From an uncultured delta proteobacterium (GTDB taxonomy: Bacteria > Myxococcota_A > UBA9160 > SMWR01), in contig CAWHTE010000005.1 of the NCBI GenBank assembly GCA_963832165.1, positions 224,001 through 288,000 on the forward strand: a stretch of 64,000 nucleotides of DNA, written 5' to 3'. Shown here piece by piece: positions 1 through 10,943 of the stretch. The notes beneath the pieces were generated by a model. The model was given only the letters and a program-made list of their open reading frames with translations, had not been told where the DNA came from and did not search any database. Made by a program: the position numbers and the translations under genes. The first letter of the stretch is position 1. Each line of letters begins with the position of its first letter.

Positions 1-187
1 GAAGCGCGTCGAACGGCGAGGCGGTGTCCGGGATCGGCGCCTCGTCTGCGGACGATGCCGGCGAGGTGCCCGGCGGCGCAGCCTGCGGCTCTGTTCCCGG
101 CGCTTGCTCCTGCTCTCGGGAGCAGCCCGTCGCGGCCGCGACGGCCAGCGCGACGACAACCCACATCGCTGCGAATGTGACTCTCAT
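1..187 (-). CDS. Lipoprotein, N-terminal part (runs off the window)
   Basis: My translation from ATG 187 is MRVTFAAMWVVVALAVAAATGCSREQEQAPG...: hydrophobic signal, lipobox ATG-C, then a Pro/Ala/Glu linker. Confidence 0.6.
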   Translation of the reverse strand, partial: MRVTFAAMWVVVALAVAAATGCSREQEQAPGTEPQAAPPGTSPASSADEAPIPDTASPFDAL

Positions 188-270
188 GGTCGAGCGCTCC
201 GCGGTGCCCGCTAGCCGGGGCATTTGGCCGAATGTTACTCCTCGGACCTTGCGGGAATCCAGTTGGACTA

Positions 271-297
271 CTCCGCTCGGCTGCGCCTCGCTGCGCG
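271..297 (-). repeat. Short REP-like palindrome, family A (CGCAGCGAG-GCG(C/A)AGC-CGAGCG(G/A)AG)
   Basis: Near-identical to 19209-19236 and 21901-21929. Confidence 0.6.
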
Positions 298-404
298 AAT
301 CCCTCCCCTTGCACGTGATACGGAGGTAGTGCCGCGAGAGCTCGCATGAGCGTTTCGGGCGCCGATTACTGCTAGTTCGCTCCGACCACGGGTGCGGTGG
401 TGAT

Positions 405-1721
405 TCACCGCTTCGGGCGCCGCCTGCGCCGCGCCACCTCCTGCGCGAGCGCGAGGGCCTCCTCGCGCGAGTGCAGCGCACCGTCGAGATAGGCGGAGCG
501 GATCCGCTCGAGTGCGCGTCCGACGCTCGGGCCCGCGAGACCCGCCGCGACGAGGTCATCACCCGTGACGGGCAAGCGTCGATGGCGGTCGTCGCTCGCA
601 TAGCGCACCACGCGCCGGCGCAGCGCCGGAGGTGCACCCGCGTACACCGCGTAGAGCGCCTCCTCGGAGAGGTCGCCGAGCACCGCATCGATCGCGCCGC
701 GCCCGCGCCCGCGCGCGAGCGCGCGCACCGCGCGCTCCGCCTCCTGCGGCAGATCGGCGACGCGCCGCGCGGGCTCGCCGCGTACGCCGAACCGGCGCAG
801 CGCGCGGCGGCGCAGTGCGGCGGGCAGCGGCCCGAGCCATACCCCGAAGCCGGCCATCCACGCGCGCCACCGCCCGCTCTTCCAGGGCGGCTGAGCGATC
901 GCGCGTCCGAGGCGCCGCAGCGGCAGCGCGGATTCGCGCGGAAGCCGAAGCCCGGGCTCGAGCGCGCCGAGCACGTGCCAGTCGTCGAGCAGGCGCAGCG
1001 CGTGAGCGGGATCGAGCCCGCGGTGCGCGTCCTCGAACACGCGCTCGAGCTCGCGACGCAGCCGGTCACCGGATACGGGCCCGAAGCATCCGTCGCGCAG
1101 CGCGCTGCGCAGCGCGACGCGCGAGCCGGGCGCGAGCGAGAAGTCGAGCCGCGGACCGAGCCGCCCCGCGCGCAGCGCGCGCGTCGGATCGTCGTGGAAG
1201 CTCTTCTCGTGCAGGATGCGCAGTCGGCGCGCGGCCAGGTCCGCCATGCCGTCGAAGAGATCGACGATCTCGGGATGACGCGCGCGCGCCGCCCGTGACA
1301 GCGGGAGCGCGAGCGCGTTCACGCTGAAGTCGCGCCGCGCGAGGTCCTGCGCGAGATCGCCCGGCGCCACGGTCGGCAGCGCGCCCGCGTGCGCGTAGCT
1401 CTCGCTGCGCACGGTCGCGAAGTCGATCGCGGCTTCGGGCGTGCGCAGCTCGGCGGTGCCGAAGCGCTCGTAGCGGGTCACCTTGCCCGCCGCGCCGGCC
1501 GCGCGCGCCGCGAGCGCGCCCGCGCGCGCCGGATCGGGGTCCTCGATCAGGAGATCGATGTCCACGAGCGGACGGCCGAGCAGCCAGTCGCGCACGGGTC
1601 CACCCACGAGCAGCACCGATACGCCGTCCGTATCGGCCGCGCGCAGCACCGTGCGCACGAGCTCCGCGGACGCGGGCGGCAGGCTCGCGAGCGCTGCATG
1701 CGCTCGAGACTCGCGTGTCAC
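405..1721 (-). CDS. cca: tRNA nucleotidyltransferase / poly(A) polymerase family protein
   Basis: Motifs VGGPVRD, DIDL, RRDFSVNAL and SFHDDPTRALR. Confidence 0.85.
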   Translation of the reverse strand: MTRESRAHAALASLPPASAELVRTVLRAADTDGVSVLLVGGPVRDWLLGRPLVDIDLLIEDPDPARAGALAARAAGAAGKVTRYERFGTAELRTPEAAIDFATVRSESYAHAGALPTVAPGDLAQDLARRDFSVNALALPLSRAARARHPEIVDLFDGMADLAARRLRILHEKSFHDDPTRALRAGRLGPRLDFSLAPGSRVALRSALRDGCFGPVSGDRLRRELERVFEDAHRGLDPAHALRLLDDWHVLGALEPGLRLPRESALPLRRLGRAIAQPPWKSGRWRAWMAGFGVWLGPLPAALRRRALRRFGVRGEPARRVADLPQEAERAVRALARGRGRGAIDAVLGDLSEEALYAVYAGAPPALRRRVVRYASDDRHRRLPVTGDDLVAAGLAGPSVGRALERIRSAYLDGALHSREEALALAQEVARRRRRPKR

Positions 1722-2662
1722 GACCGGGCAGAGCCTCCGCCGCGCGGATGGCGGCGCTCCACCGTCTCGCGCAACCGCGCGCGACTCACATGCGTGTAGA
1801 TCTGGGTCGTCGAGAGGTCGGCGTGGCCGAGCAGCGTCTGCACCACGCGCAGATCGGCGCCGCCCTCGAGCAGATCGGTGGCAAACGCGTGTCGCAGCAC
1901 GTGGGGCGACACGCGGTCACTCGCGACGTTGGCCCGCCGCGCGATCGCGCGCAGCCGCGCGAAGAAGTTCTGGCGCGTCATCGCGCGTCCGCGCCGGGTC
2001 AGGAACAGCGCCTCGGGCTCGCGGCGCGCGCCGCGCGTGAGTAGCGGCCACGCCTCGGCGAGATAGCGCGCCACGGCCTCGAGCGCGGGCTCGCCGAGCG
2101 GCACCTGTCGCTCGACGCGCCCCTTGCCGACCACGCGCAGCCACCCGCCGCGCTGTTCGAGCGCCGCGCGCGGCAGACCCACGAGCTCCGACACGCGCAG
2201 TCCTGCGCCGTAGAGCACCTCGAGCATCGCGCGGTCGCGCAGCGGGAGCGGACCCTCGCCCTGCCCGGCCGCCTCGATCAGCGCCGCGGTCTCGTCGCGG
2301 CGCAGGATGCGCGGCAGCGTGCGGTCGACGCGCGGCGAGTCGACACCGCGCACCGGATCCACGCTGAACGCGAGGGTTGCGCCCGCGAAGCGCAGCAGAC
2401 GGCGCGTGGCGACGAGCGCGCGCGCGCGGCTGCGCGCTGCGAGGCCGCGCCGCGAGAGCGCCGCCGCGAAGCCCGCGAGGTGCTCGGGCGCCACGTCGTG
2501 CAGGCTGCGCACCGCAGCCGCATCGAGGAAGCCCGCGAGCTGCGCGAGGTCACGGCCGTACGCCTCGACGGTGCGCGGCGAAAGCCCGCGCTCGACCGCC
2601 GAGTGGCGCAGGAACGCGTCGATTCCGCTCCCGATCTCAGACGGCTGCGGCTGCATGCCCAT
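1718..2662 (-). CDS. xerD: Tyrosine recombinase XerD
   Basis: LRDRAMLEVLYGAGLRVSEL, HVLRHAFATDLL and LGHADLSTTQIYTHV; housekeeping context. Confidence 0.85.
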   Translation of the reverse strand: MGMQPQPSEIGSGIDAFLRHSAVERGLSPRTVEAYGRDLAQLAGFLDAAAVRSLHDVAPEHLAGFAAALSRRGLAARSRARALVATRRLLRFAGATLAFSVDPVRGVDSPRVDRTLPRILRRDETAALIEAAGQGEGPLPLRDRAMLEVLYGAGLRVSELVGLPRAALEQRGGWLRVVGKGRVERQVPLGEPALEAVARYLAEAWPLLTRGARREPEALFLTRRGRAMTRQNFFARLRAIARRANVASDRVSPHVLRHAFATDLLEGGADLRVVQTLLGHADLSTTQIYTHVSRARLRETVERRHPRGGGSARS

Positions 2663-5339
2663 CGCCCGACCCCATCGCCGCGAGCAGGTCGCGACGCAGC
2701 GCCGCGATCGCATCCTCGTCCGAGATCTTCCGGCCCTCGTCGTCCTTCAGGTAGAACGTGTCGCTCACCTGGTCGAGCACCTTGCCCGCCTTCGAGATGT
2801 AGACCTCGTAGCCGTGCTCCGCGATCACGCGCGTGAGGTCGTGCAGGAGACCCAGACGATCATTCGCGAGCACGTCGACGATCGTGTAGAAGTCCGACTC
2901 CTCGTTCGAGATCTCCACCTCTTCGGACTGGCGCGGCGACGGTGCCATGCCGCTGCCTAGCGGTCGCCCGCGACGCGTCAAGAGCTCGGCCACGCCGATC
3001 TCGCCCCCGATCACGCGCTCGAGCGACTTCAAGAAGTCCTGCCAGACCATCTCGCGCGCTGCCTCGTCGCCCGCGGGCGTCGTGACGCGGTAGATCTCGA
3101 GCGCCATCCCGTCTCGCATCGTGTAGACGTGCGCACCCAGGATGTTCATGTGGTGTGCGCTGAGCACGCCCGACACGTTCGAGTAGAGCCCGTGCACGTC
3201 GCGCGTGTACACGATGAATTCGGTGAAGTCGCCGCGCATCTCCCGGATCCCGTGCGTGAACAGCCGGCCCTGGCGGTATTCCATCGCCACGCGCGCGTGG
3301 CGCGCGATCTGCGTGGGCGTATGCGAGATGAAGTAGCGCTGCGGGATCAGGTCGAAGTACTCGCCGATCGCCGCCTCCGAGACGCCTTCGCCGCGCAGCT
3401 CCTCGGCCGCCGCGGTGCGCCGCGTCTCGACACGCCGCTCGAACAGCTCCGTCGCGCGCGCCATGTCGTCGGCGCCCGTCTCGAGCAGCTCGCTGGTCTT
3501 CTCGAACAGCTCCTGGATCAGGCTGCCCTTCCACTCCGTCCACGCCTTCTTCGACGACGCGCGGATGTCGACCACGGTGAGCAGGTAGAGCAGGCGCAGC
3601 TGGCTGCGGTTGCCCACCGTGCGCGCGAAATCGAGCACGAGGCGCGGGTCGGAGAGATCGCGCCGCTGTGCGATGTGCGACATCACGAGGTGCTCCTGCA
3701 CCAGGAACACCACCGTGTCGATCAGCTCCGGGTCGAGGCCCATCCGCTCGAGGCACGTGCGCGCGAGCACCGCGCCCTTCGGCGAGTGGTCCCCGCCGAA
3801 GCCCTTGCCGATGTCGTGCATCAGGCAGCCCAGGATCAGCGGCAGGAGATCGTCTTCGTCGCGCACGAGCTGAGTCAGTCCGGGCAGCTCCTTCTCGAAG
3901 TCGCCCTTCCACAGCCGGCGCACCTCTTCGACCAGGAAGATCGAGTGCACGTCGATCGTGTACGTGTGGTACATCACGTGCTGCCAGCGGTTGACGATGT
4001 GCTCCCACTCGGGCAGGAAGCGCGCGAGCAGCCCGACTTCGTTCATCGTCACGAGCGTGCGCGTCACGCGCCGCTCCGCGCGCAGGATCTCGAGGAAGAG
4101 CGCGACGGCGGCTGGATTGCGCCGGTAGTCGTCGTCGATCAGATCGAGGTTCTCGCGGATCATCCGGCGCGCCTTGCGCGTGAGCGGAACGTCGTGGCGC
4201 TGGGCCACCACGAACGCGCGCAAGAGCAGCAGCGGATCGCGGCGCAGCTGCAGCCCATGCGGGATCTCGAGCTGGCTGTCGGCGATGCGCAGCCCCTCCT
4301 CCACGTCGCGCACGCGGCGCCGGCGCGGCTTCGCCACGCGCGCGTGGCACTGCTCCATGATCAGCGACGCGGAGTTGAGCACGTTGCGCGCGTGGCGGTA
4401 GTAGTCGCGCATCAGGTGCTCGACGGGCAGTCCCTCGGGCCCTTCCGGCTCGTAGCCGAACGCCACCGCGATGTGCTCCTGGAGGTCGAAGCTCATCTGG
4501 TCGTGCTTGCGGTCCGCGAACAGGTGCATCTCGTTGCGCACGCGCCAGAGGAACTCCAGCGCCTCGTTCATGCCCTGCATCTCCTGGTGCGTGAGCAGCC
4601 CCTGGTGCAGGAAGTCGCTGCGGCTCCGCGTGCCCGGCAGCGCCGCCTGCATCGCCCACCACGCAGCGTGGTAGTCGCGCAGCCCGCCCGCGCCCTCCTT
4701 CACGTTCGGCTGCAGGAGATAGAGCGAGTCTCCGTAGCGGGTGTGGCGCTGCTGGGTCGCCTCGATCAGCCCTTTGATGAAGGGCTCGGGCCGATCGAGC
4801 AGGCGGTCCTGCACCATGCGCGTGAACTGGTGGAAGAGCATCCCGCTGCCGGCGAGGAAGCGCGGCGCGAGCAGCGAGGTGCACACCGTGGTGTCGCCAC
4901 GCGCGAGCTGGATCGTGTCTGCGAGCGTGCGCGTGGAGCCGCCCAGTGTCACCTGGGCGTCCCAGAGCCAGGTCTGGAGCCGCTCCGCCACCGCCTTCAC
5001 GTACTTCGTCACGTGGTCGCGGTACAGGCACAGGAGGTCGACGTCCGAGTGGATGCTCATCTCGCGGCGCGCATAGCCGCCGACCGCCACCACGCAGAAC
5101 TCGCTCGGGCCCTCGCCCCCCTCGTTCAGGTACTGCGCCTCCGAGAGCTCGAACAGCCGCCGCACGAGCCCGTCGATCAGATCCGAGTGGGACTTGTTCA
5201 GCTCGCGGCCCGAGGCGCCCGCGGCGTGCCGATCGCGCAGGTGCTCGCGCGCAGCGGCCAGGTAGCTGCGTGCGGCGAGTGCGACCTCGTTCGGGCGCTG
5301 ATCGAGCCGCAGCACCGCCGATACGTCGGGCAGGCTCAC
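2637..5339 (-). CDS. glnD: [protein-PII] uridylyltransferase
   Basis: VAVGGYARREM..SDVDL, QPNVKEGAGGLRD, an HD domain and C-terminal ACT domains; GTG start overlaps the amidase stop. Confidence 0.95.
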   Translation of the reverse strand: MSLPDVSAVLRLDQRPNEVALAARSYLAAAREHLRDRHAAGASGRELNKSHSDLIDGLVRRLFELSEAQYLNEGGEGPSEFCVVAVGGYARREMSIHSDVDLLCLYRDHVTKYVKAVAERLQTWLWDAQVTLGGSTRTLADTIQLARGDTTVCTSLLAPRFLAGSGMLFHQFTRMVQDRLLDRPEPFIKGLIEATQQRHTRYGDSLYLLQPNVKEGAGGLRDYHAAWWAMQAALPGTRSRSDFLHQGLLTHQEMQGMNEALEFLWRVRNEMHLFADRKHDQMSFDLQEHIAVAFGYEPEGPEGLPVEHLMRDYYRHARNVLNSASLIMEQCHARVAKPRRRRVRDVEEGLRIADSQLEIPHGLQLRRDPLLLLRAFVVAQRHDVPLTRKARRMIRENLDLIDDDYRRNPAAVALFLEILRAERRVTRTLVTMNEVGLLARFLPEWEHIVNRWQHVMYHTYTIDVHSIFLVEEVRRLWKGDFEKELPGLTQLVRDEDDLLPLILGCLMHDIGKGFGGDHSPKGAVLARTCLERMGLDPELIDTVVFLVQEHLVMSHIAQRRDLSDPRLVLDFARTVGNRSQLRLLYLLTVVDIRASSKKAWTEWKGSLIQELFEKTSELLETGADDMARATELFERRVETRRTAAAEELRGEGVSEAAIGEYFDLIPQRYFISHTPTQIARHARVAMEYRQGRLFTHGIREMRGDFTEFIVYTRDVHGLYSNVSGVLSAHHMNILGAHVYTMRDGMALEIYRVTTPAGDEAAREMVWQDFLKSLERVIGGEIGVAELLTRRGRPLGSGMAPSPRQSEEVEISNEESDFYTIVDVLANDRLGLLHDLTRVIAEHGYEVYISKAGKVLDQVSDTFYLKDDEGRKISDEDAIAALRRDLLAAMGSGDGHAAAAV

Positions 5340-6538
5340 GGCACGCTCGCCGTGACCGATCCGAACCCGTTTCGGTAATCGGACAGCCCCCGTGCGATCT
5401 GCTCCGCGAGCGCCCCGACGTAGCGGTCGTCGCGCAGCCGCTTCGCCTCGCCCGCGTGGGTCACGAACCCCGACTCGACGAGCACCGAGGGCATGCTCGA
5501 CAGGAACAGCACGTAGAACGGACCTTTCTTCACGCCGAGATCGGCGACGGGCCGGTACTCGCGCGGAAGCCCCGTGATCAGCTCGCGCTGCAGGTGTTCG
5601 GCGAGGCGCCGCGACGAGGGCGACACCTCTCCCACGCGCAGCTTCGCGAGCGTGCGCTGGAGTGCGTTGAGCTGCGCTCGGCTCACGCCGTTCTCGCGGG
5701 CCGCGACGCGCAGGCTGTGCCGCTCGTGGTTCGCATCGGGGTAGTAGGTCTCGATGCCGTGGAGCGAGCGGCGCCGCGCGGCGTTCGCGTGCAGCGACAC
5801 GAACACGTCGCCGCGCGCACCCTCCGCGATCGCCGTGCGCTCCTCCAGCGAGAGCGTGCGATCCCCGTTGCGCGTCATCACCACCGAGAAGCCGCGCGCC
5901 TCGAGTCTCGGCTTGAGCGCGAGCGCAAGCCGCAGCGTCACGTCTTTCTCGCGCAGCCCGCCCACGCCGATCGCGCCCGGGTCGTTCCCGCCGTGTCCGG
6001 GGTCGAGCACGACCGTCTGCGGAACGCGCAGGTCGGCCGGCAGGCGCGCCGTCTCGGACCCGGACCCGGACCCGGATCCGTGTCCGGGCGCGGGTGCGGA
6101 CCCGGGCTCGGTCGAGCGCGCATCGAGACGCGATCCGTAGACGTCGATCACGAGCCGGTTGGGGTGCGTGAGCAGGAGCACGCGGTGGCGCACGTAGGTC
6201 TGGAGGTCGAGCACGACGCGCGCGTCGCGGCGCGTGTTCTGGCCGATCCGCACCCCGCGCAGCAGGCCGTCGCCGACCGGCACGCCCTGATCGAAACGGG
6301 TGCCGACCCAGACGCCCTCGAGGTCGAGGTAGATGCGCTCGGGCCGGCCGTCCGCGGGCGGCAGCTTCTGCGGCGTGCCCTTGAGCACGGCCTCGCCCGA
6401 CAGCTCCACCACCACGCGCGTGTAGTCGGGATAGGACCAGTGGCGCAGCTCCACGACGTCGAGCAGCGCCGGCGGGCGATCGACGCCCGCGAGCAACGCG
6501 GCGAGCGCGGCGAGCACGCCCGAGGCCGCGGGGCTCAC
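5336..6538 (-). CDS. amiC: N-acetylmuramoyl-L-alanine amidase (AMIN + Amidase_3)
   Basis: RHWSYPDYTRVVVEL, VVLDPGHGG.DPGA, FVSLHANA and SVLVESGF. Confidence 0.9.
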   Translation of the reverse strand: MSPAASGVLAALAALLAGVDRPPALLDVVELRHWSYPDYTRVVVELSGEAVLKGTPQKLPPADGRPERIYLDLEGVWVGTRFDQGVPVGDGLLRGVRIGQNTRRDARVVLDLQTYVRHRVLLLTHPNRLVIDVYGSRLDARSTEPGSAPAPGHGSGSGSGSETARLPADLRVPQTVVLDPGHGGNDPGAIGVGGLREKDVTLRLALALKPRLEARGFSVVMTRNGDRTLSLEERTAIAEGARGDVFVSLHANAARRRSLHGIETYYPDANHERHSLRVAARENGVSRAQLNALQRTLAKLRVGEVSPSSRRLAEHLQRELITGLPREYRPVADLGVKKGPFYVLFLSSMPSVLVESGFVTHAGEAKRLRDDRYVGALAEQIARGLSDYRNGFGSVTASVP

Positions 6539-9211
6539 GACTCGTCCTCCCGCAGCGCGGCCTGCCAGCGCGCGATCGCCGCGAGCGCCTCGAGCGGGGT
6601 CGTCTCCTCGGCGCGCAGCGCGCGCAGCGCGTCGAGCACCGAAGCTTCGCGCGGATCGCGGCGCGGCTCGCCGAACAGCGCGAGCTGCGCATCGGCGTCG
6701 GGCGCGGGATCGCCCGCATCGGCGGCCAGGCGCGGGCGGCCGCGCGCGTCGAGCTCGCCGCCCTCGAGGTTGGCCAGGATCGCGCGCGCGCGCCGGAGCA
6801 CGGGGTCGGGCAGCCCCGCGAGACGCGCCACCTGGATGCCGTACGAGCGGCTCGCGCCTCCTTCGACGAGCCGGCGCAGGAACACCACCTCGTCGTTCCA
6901 CTCGCGCGCGGCGAAGTGCGCGTTCGCGACGCGCGGCTTGGTGCGCGCGAGATCGGTGAGCTCGTGATAGTGGGTCGCGAACAGCGTGCGCGCGCCGAGC
7001 CCCGGCGTGTCGTGCAGGTACTCCGCAACCGCCCACGCGATCGAGAGCCCGTCGAACGTGGAAGTACCGCGCCCGATCTCGTCGAGAATGATCAGGCTGC
7101 GCGGCGACGCATGCGCCAGGATCTCCGCGGTTTCGCGCATTTCGACCATGAACGTCGACTCACCCCGGGCCAGCCGGTCGCTGGCGCCTACGCGCGTGAA
7201 CACGCGGTCTACCACCCCCACCCGCGCGCTCTCAGCGGGAACATACGATCCCAGCTGCGCGAGTAAAACAATCAGCGCCACCTGGCGCAGATAGGTGCTC
7301 TTGCCCGACATGTTCGGGCCCGTCAGCACGAGCACCTGGCGGACGGCCGGGTCGAGCTCGGCGTCGTTGGGCACGAACGCACCCGCCCCGCTCGCGACCA
7401 GCAGCGGCTCGATCACGGGATGGCGGCCCGCGCGGATCTCGAGCCGCAGGCCCGCGTCCACCTCGGGGCGCGTCCAGCCGTCGCGCCGCGCGACCTCCGC
7501 GAGCGAGGCCAGCGCGTCGAGCTCGGCCACCGCCTCCGCGGCGCGCGCGATCTCCGCGGCCGCCTCGAGCGAGGCGAGCCGCAGGCGCTCGAAGATCTCG
7601 CGCTCGAGCGCGGCCGCGCGCTCGGTGCCGCCGCGCACCTGCCGCTCGATTTCGCGCAGGCGCGGCGTCGCGAATCGCTCCGCATTGGCGAGCGTCTGGC
7701 GGCGCTCGTAGTCCGCCGGCACACGCTCGAGATTCGCCTTGGTCACCTCGATGCCGTAGCCGTGCACGGGGTGGAAGCGGATCTTGAGCGTGGGAATCCC
7801 CGTGCGCGCGCGCTCCTCGGCCTCGAGCCCCGCGATCCATTCGCGACCCTTGTGGACGCCTTCGCGAATCCCATCCAGTTCCGTGTGGAAGCCCGCGCGG
7901 ATATAGCCGGTTTCGAGCGCACCGCGCGAGCCGCGCGGGAGCGGGCGCACCTCTTCTTCGAGCGCCTCGCGCAAGAGCTCCGCCACGCGCGGGACGGGCT
8001 CGGGCACCGGCAGCGCGGCGGGACGCTCCACGTGCAGCAGGTCGTCTTCCGCACGCGCCGAACGCCGCGGCGACCCCCGGCAGCGCCTCGAGCGATCCGC
8101 GCAGCGCGGCGAGGTCGGGCGGGGATGCGCCCGGGCGCGCGGCCTTCGCGAGCAGCCGCTCGAGGTCCCGCACGGGCCCCAGCGCTGTGCGCGCGCGCGC
8201 GCGCAGCCGGTCGCGCTCGGCCAGGAACGCCACCGCGGTCTGGCGCGCGCGGATCGCCTCGGGGTCGACGAGCGGATACGCGAGCCAGCGCGCGAGCCGA
8301 CGCGCGCCGAGCGGCGTGCGCGTCTCGTCGATCCGCGCGAGCAGCGTGCGCGCGCGCGATCCGTCCTCGGCGTTGCGGAACAGCTCGAGGTGCGCGCGCG
8401 TGGCGGCGTCGAGCACCATCGCATCCGAGAGCGCATAGCGCCGCAGCCGCGCGATCTGCGCGAGCGCGAACGGCTGATGACGGCCGACGTAGTCGAGCAG
8501 CGCGGCGGCCGCGCGCGAAGCCGGGTCGTCTGCGTCCGCGCGCAGGCCGTCCGGGTGGCGCGGCGCGCGCGCGACGTCGAAGCACTCCGCGCCGACGCGC
8601 TGGCGCGCGGCGTCGGGCAGCGCGCGCGCGAGCGACGCGGCGAGCTCGGCATCGTCGGGGATCAAGAGCTCGCGCGGGGCCACGCGACGCAGCTCCTCGA
8701 CCAGCGCGGCCGGCAGACCGCCCGCGGGCCGCTCGAGCGCGGTGGCGCGCAGGTCGCCCGTGGTCGCGTCGAGCACCGCGAGTCCGATCACGGGCCCCGG
8801 ATACAGCGCCGCCACGGCGAGCTCGGCCGCCGCGTCGATCGCGTGCGGATCGCTCGCGAGCCCCGGCGTCACCACCTCGACGACCTCGCGCCGCACGAGC
8901 TGCCGCCCCGAGACCGCGCGCGCGTCCTCGACCTGCTCGCAGATCGCGACGCGATGGCCGTGCTCGGCGAGCACGGCGAGGTACTGGTCGGCGGCGTGTA
9001 CCGGCACGCCGCACATCGGCACCGCGTCGGGCTTGTTCTTGTCGCGCGTCGTCAGCGCGATGTCGAGCAGCGGCGCGGCGATCTCCGCGTCGCGCAGGAA
9101 CATCTCGTAGAAATCGCCCATCCGGTAGAACACGATCGCATCGGGATGCGCCGACTTGATCGCGAGGTACTGGCGCATCATGGGCGTGTCGAGCGCGGAC
9201 TTCTCGCTCAT
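6535..9211 (-). CDS. mutS: DNA mismatch repair protein MutS (frameshift near 8055, probable sequencing error)
   Basis: TPMMRQY..FYRMGDFYEMF in one frame; TGPNMSGKSTYLRQ and DEIGRGTST in another. Confidence 0.95.
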
Positions 9212-10236
9212 CCGATCCGCTCCCGCGTGCGCAACAAGCCGCGCCGCTCCAGCACGTCGAGCAGCTCGGCGTACTCCTTGGTCGCCTCGGGATCGCGGTG
9301 CTCGGAGAGCAGCAGGCGCCCGAGCACCGCGCGCGCCGCGAGCTGATCGGGCTCGCGGTCGAGCAAGCGGCGCAGCTCGGCGAGCGCCTCCTCGATCTCG
9401 CCGCGCGCCGCGAGCGCGCGCCCGAGCGCGAGCCGCGCGTGCAGGTCGTCGGGGCGCTCCGCGAGCAGCCCGCGCAGGTAGCCCTCGAACTCGCGCGAGC
9501 GGTCGAGCGCGGCATAGGCCGACTCGATGTGCGGATACACGAGCGCGCCGCTCTTGCGGTCGATCGCGGGCACGCGGCACCACGCGGCGAGCGCCGCCTT
9601 CGATCGGCCGCGCTCCGCCTCGATCTGGCCCTGCAGGATCCACGCGCGCACCGAGCGCGGGTCCGTGTGCAGCGCGCGCTTCACGGCGCGCCGCGCATCG
9701 CGCGTGCGGCCTTCGGCCTGGGCCGCCTCGGCCATGTCCACCCAGAGCGCCGCGAGCTCCGCCGCGGAGTCGCGATTCTCCACGCGCGCGAGGCGGCGCT
9801 GCATCTCGATCGCGCGCGAGTGCTCGCGCGCGTCGCCGAGCAGCTTCACGAGCGCACGCAGCGCGGGCGCGTGCTGCGGGTCGCGCTCGAGCACCTCCTC
9901 GTACGAGGCGATCGCGCGCTGCAGGAAGCCGCCCTGGCGAAAGTCGGCCGCGAGGTCGGCGAGGCAGGTGATCCGCTGCTCGCGGTCGAGATCGCGGCGC
10001 AAGAGCAGATTCTGGTGCAGCCGGATCGCGCGCCCGACGTCGCCGCGCATCCGGTAGAAGCGCGCGAGCGCCAGGTAGGGCTCGACGCTGTTCGAATCGA
10101 GCTCCGCGCTCGCGACGAGCAGCTGCTCGGCGCGCTCGTGATCGCGGTCGAGCACCGCGAGCAGCGCCGCGCGCGTCGCCGCATCGGCGTCGCGCGGCGG
10201 AACCGCGCCTCGGCGCCGGCGGATCCAGTCGAACAA
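9208..10236 (-). CDS. lapB: LapB/YciM-like TPR protein
   Basis: G.VGRAIRLHQNLL and LAADFRQGGFLQRA TPRs; directly downstream of a lapA-like gene. Confidence 0.7.
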   Translation of the reverse strand: MFDWIRRRRGAVPPRDADAATRAALLAVLDRDHERAEQLLVASAELDSNSVEPYLALARFYRMRGDVGRAIRLHQNLLLRRDLDREQRITCLADLAADFRQGGFLQRAIASYEEVLERDPQHAPALRALVKLLGDAREHSRAIEMQRRLARVENRDSAAELAALWVDMAEAAQAEGRTRDARRAVKRALHTDPRSVRAWILQGQIEAERGRSKAALAAWCRVPAIDRKSGALVYPHIESAYAALDRSREFEGYLRGLLAERPDDLHARLALGRALAARGEIEEALAELRRLLDREPDQLAARAVLGRLLLSEHRDPEATKEYAELLDVLERRGLLRTRERIG

Positions 10237-10237
10237 A

Positions 10238-10592
10238 TCAGCGCCCCCATCGGCGCGCGGTCGCGCTGTCGCTCTGCGCGGCGGCCTGCGACCCCGCGGT
10301 GTCGAGCGGCAGGTTGCGGAGCTGGTGGATCTCGGACTCGAGCCCGCCCACCGCCTTGCGGTACCGCCGCTCGAGCATCTGCGAGCGCAGGCTGCTCCAC
10401 AGCCAGCCGCCACCCGCGAGCGCGAATCCGGCTGCGAACGCGCACAGCAGCGCTTCCCAGACTTCGAGTTGGATCTCGCCGAACAGGAAGTCGACCGCAA
10501 CGACCTCATCGTTGCCGGACTTGAGCCCCCATCCACCCACGAGCAGGGCGGCAACCAGGGCCACCGCCGATCCAGCGACGCACCCAGCGCAT
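10238..10592 (-). CDS. lapA: LapA family membrane protein (probable 1-nt indel near 10566)
   Basis: Two TM segments, N.EVVAVDFLFG, and C-terminal LESEIHQLRNLP; position ihfB-lapA-lapB. Confidence 0.7.
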
Positions 10593-10631
10593 GTGACGGA
10601 TTCTCCGGGGGGGCGTCCGTGATCAGCGGAG

Positions 10632-10940
10632 CTAGTCGTTCGAGGACGAAGACGGCTGGCGCCCCGCGTCCACCATCTCCTTCAGTTCCTTGCCCACCTT
10701 GAAGAACGGAGTCCGCTTCGCCGAGATGTGCACGGGCTCGCCCGTCTTCGGATTCCGGCCCTCGCGCGCCTCGCGCACCTTGACCTGGAAGCTGCCGAAG
10801 CCGCGGATCTCGATCCGCTCGCCCTCGCGCAGCGCCGTCGCCATCGAGTCGAAGATCGTGTTCACCACGATCTCCGTGTCCTTCTTCGAGATGTGCGGCG
10901 TCTTCTCCGCCACCGCCTCGATCAGTCCACTCTTGGTCAT
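10632..10940 (-). CDS. ihfB: Integration host factor beta subunit
   Basis: MTKSGLIE..RIEIRGFGSF..GRNPKTGE; follows rpsA. Confidence 0.95.
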   Translation of the reverse strand: MTKSGLIEAVAEKTPHISKKDTEIVVNTIFDSMATALREGERIEIRGFGSFQVKVREAREGRNPKTGEPVHISAKRTPFFKVGKELKEMVDAGRQPSSSSND

Positions 10941-10943
10941 GGC

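Noticed and set aside
1718..2662. Integrase of a second mobile element
   Set aside because: Canonical XerD motifs within a housekeeping operon, and no att repeats
6054..6082. CCGGAC hexamer repeat
   Set aside because: It encodes a Gly-Ser linker in the amidase
2637..7028. 1463-aa GlnD fusion in the ORF track
   Set aside because: The upstream part is an out-of-frame shadow of the amidase and mutS; the real start is the GTG at 5339
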